Assembly (NCBI GenBank): GCA_963622405.1 | Contig: CAVFIJ010000071.1 | Coordinates: forward strand, 1 to 27,797 | Reading direction: 5' to 3' | DNA length: 27,797 bases | DNA from: Bacteroidaceae bacterium | Lineage (GTDB): Bacteria; Bacillota_I; Bacilli_A; RF39; UBA660 | In this document: piece by piece, positions 26,799 to 27,797 of the stretch | Numbering within the stretch: position 1 is the first letter of the stretch | Layout of the letters: each line of letters starts with the position of its first letter | The notes under the pieces: generated by a model | Told to the model about the DNA's origin: nothing | Seen by the model: the letters and a program-made list of their open reading frames with translations, nothing else | Database searches by the model: none | Made by a program: the position numbers and the translations under genes

Positions 26799-26828
26799 AT
26801 TATAGCATTTTTCCACATGTATTTGCAT
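26799..26828 (-). promoter_or_regulatory. Sigma-A promoter of dnaX
   Basis: TGcTATAAT extended -10; weak -35 ATGCAA with an 18-nt spacer. Confidence 0.6.
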
Positions 26829-26836
26829 AATTTGTT

Positions 26837-27247
26837 TTATTTTCTTATTTTTTTAAAGAAGTTTTTTAACATTTTTTCTGAATATCCATTATCATTTATT
26901 TTTTGTATTTCAATTTTATTTTTTTGCACTTTTGCTATATTATGGTTTTTTGTAGCATAATACACTTTTTTTATTTTAGTTTGTTTTATTATATTTTTAC
27001 ACATTTCACAAGGTTCTAAAGTAACATACATTTCACAGTTATTTAAATGCCAATTTTTTTTCTTTTTTGTTGCTTTATTAATTGCGTTTATTTCAGCATG
27101 TCCTGTTATTATGTGTTCTTTTTCTCTTGTGTTATGACCTTTGGCTATTATTTTATTATTTTCAACAATTACCGCTCCTACTGGTATATCTGCTGAAATT
27201 TTGCATTTCTTTGCTTCTTTTATTGCTATCATTATATACTTTTCCAT
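26837..27247 (-). CDS. tadA: tRNA-specific adenosine deaminase
   Basis: PVGAVIV; HAE; YVTLEPCEMC; adjacent to SRP RNA and dnaX. Confidence 0.88.
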   Translation of the reverse strand: MEKYIMIAIKEAKKCKISADIPVGAVIVENNKIIAKGHNTREKEHIITGHAEINAINKATKKKKNWHLNNCEMYVTLEPCEMCKNIIKQTKIKKVYYATKNHNIAKVQKNKIEIQKINDNGYSEKMLKNFFKKIRK

Positions 27248-27262
27248 ATTTTACCTCTAAAA

Positions 27263-27337
27263 AAGTGCACACATTTAGAGATTCTTAAGGCTGCTATCTT
27301 CCGATTCTGACCTGGTTCGAATATAAATGTTGCACTT
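27263..27337 (-). ncRNA. ffs: Small bacterial signal recognition particle RNA (4.5S type), about 75 nt
   Basis: Minus-strand GGUCAGAAUCGGAAGAUAGCAGCC matches helix 8 (E. coli GGUCAGGUCCGGAAGGAAGCAGCC); closing stem AAGUGCA / UGCACUU and ACAUUUA / UAAAUGU. Confidence 0.92.
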
Positions 27338-27342
27338 ATTTA

Positions 27343-27371
27343 ATTTTATTATTTTTTTTAGATAATATCAA
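27343..27371 (-). promoter_or_regulatory. Sigma-A promoter of SRP RNA (and probably tadA)
   Basis: TTGATA, 17-nt spacer, TAAAAT; predicted +1 falls at the 5' end of the closing stem. Confidence 0.75.
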
Positions 27372-27402
27372 GTATTTTTCTTTTTTTATTTTTTAAACTC
27401 AA

Positions 27403-27418
27403 TGTTCCACGTGAAACA
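27403..27418. promoter_or_regulatory. parS site 1
   Basis: TGTTCCACGTGAAACA, matches the consensus TGTTNCACGTGAAACA. Confidence 0.93.
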
Positions 27419-27452
27419 TTATGAGATTTTTATTATTTGTTTTATTTTTTAA

Positions 27453-27468
27453 TGTTCCACGTGGAACG
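27453..27468. promoter_or_regulatory. parS site 2
   Basis: TGTTCCACGTGGAACG. Confidence 0.88.
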
Positions 27469-27627
27469 TTATTTTTAATATTAGTTTTAATTAATGTTTT
27501 TATAAGTTTATTCTCTATTTTCCATAGTGGGTTACATATTAAGAAAATTAATTTATATTAGTTTTTCTTATTTGAAGCAAATACTTTTTCTTTAATGTTG
27601 GGATTTTTTAATTATTTTTTAGCTAAA

Positions 27628-27643
27628 TGTTCCACGTGGAACG
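27628..27643. promoter_or_regulatory. parS site 3
   Basis: TGTTCCACGTGGAACG. Confidence 0.88.
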
Positions 27644-27755
27644 TTAGGTTTATAATTATGTAATTAAATGGTTTTAATATTTTTTATGTTTTTAATGATA
27701 AATTAATTTTTTTAAATTTATGTTTTATTTATGGATTTCTTTTATTTTTTTATAA

Positions 27756-27771
27756 TGTTTCACGTGGAACA
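27756..27771. promoter_or_regulatory. parS site 4
   Basis: TGTTTCACGTGGAACA, the reverse complement of site 1. Confidence 0.93.
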
Positions 27772-27797
27772 ATCCTTTTATGATATATAATAATTAC

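Noticed and set aside
549..27288. Plus-strand ORFs in the supplied track, and the minus-strand 3345-3548 ORF
   Set aside because: They are shadows of real genes with low-complexity composition and no recognisable motifs
27401..27773. Repeated palindrome as a CRISPR array or integron attC sites
   Set aside because: Spacing is irregular (50, 175 and 128 nt), repeats are only 16-21 nt, no cas or integrase gene is present, and the sequence is the parS consensus
27340..27797. oriC in the AT-rich right end
   Set aside because: No DnaA-box cluster seen and no dnaA or dnaN in the window
1..27797. Wall-less Mollicute with UGA read as Trp
   Set aside because: TGA ends several genes (ricT, holB, SGNH), and murA, sortase, M23 peptidase and spoIIR imply peptidoglycan

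Overview
Very AT-rich core-chromosome window (by eye about a quarter GC; standard genetic code, TGA used as stop) from a reduced-genome, walled and apparently spore-forming member of Bacilli (RF39-like; this is inference). Nearly all genes lie on the minus strand. Reading right to left: four parS sites, a minimal 75-nt SRP RNA, tadA, dnaX, ybaB, recR, an unannotated bofA, holB, ricT, trmN6, rsmI, pth, mfd, a sensor-less GdpP-type DHH phosphodiesterase, rplI, dnaB, an M23/LysM/G5 peptidase, walJ, rlmH, spoIIR, murA, an SGNH hydrolase, rpmE, an orphan sigma-region-4-like HTH protein, a small membrane protein, parA-parB, mscS, DUF951, an AbgT transporter, and a thioester-domain adhesin with its sortase. 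No mobile element, CRISPR array, tRNA or rRNA was seen. The most notable observations are four. (1) At three loci (spoIIR, the SGNH gene, bofA) a sporulation-sigma promoter is nested in a hairpin, so read-through from housekeeping genes would be blocked while the sporulation transcript escapes. (2) The sortase has Gln in place of the catalytic Arg and is paired with a VPNTK-tailed thioester adhesin. (3) The gene-bearing strand has a lagging-strand-type (A+C-rich) composition. (4) walRK, yabA, tmk and other genes are cleanly missing from their usual positions. All calls come from reading the sequence; no database searches were run.
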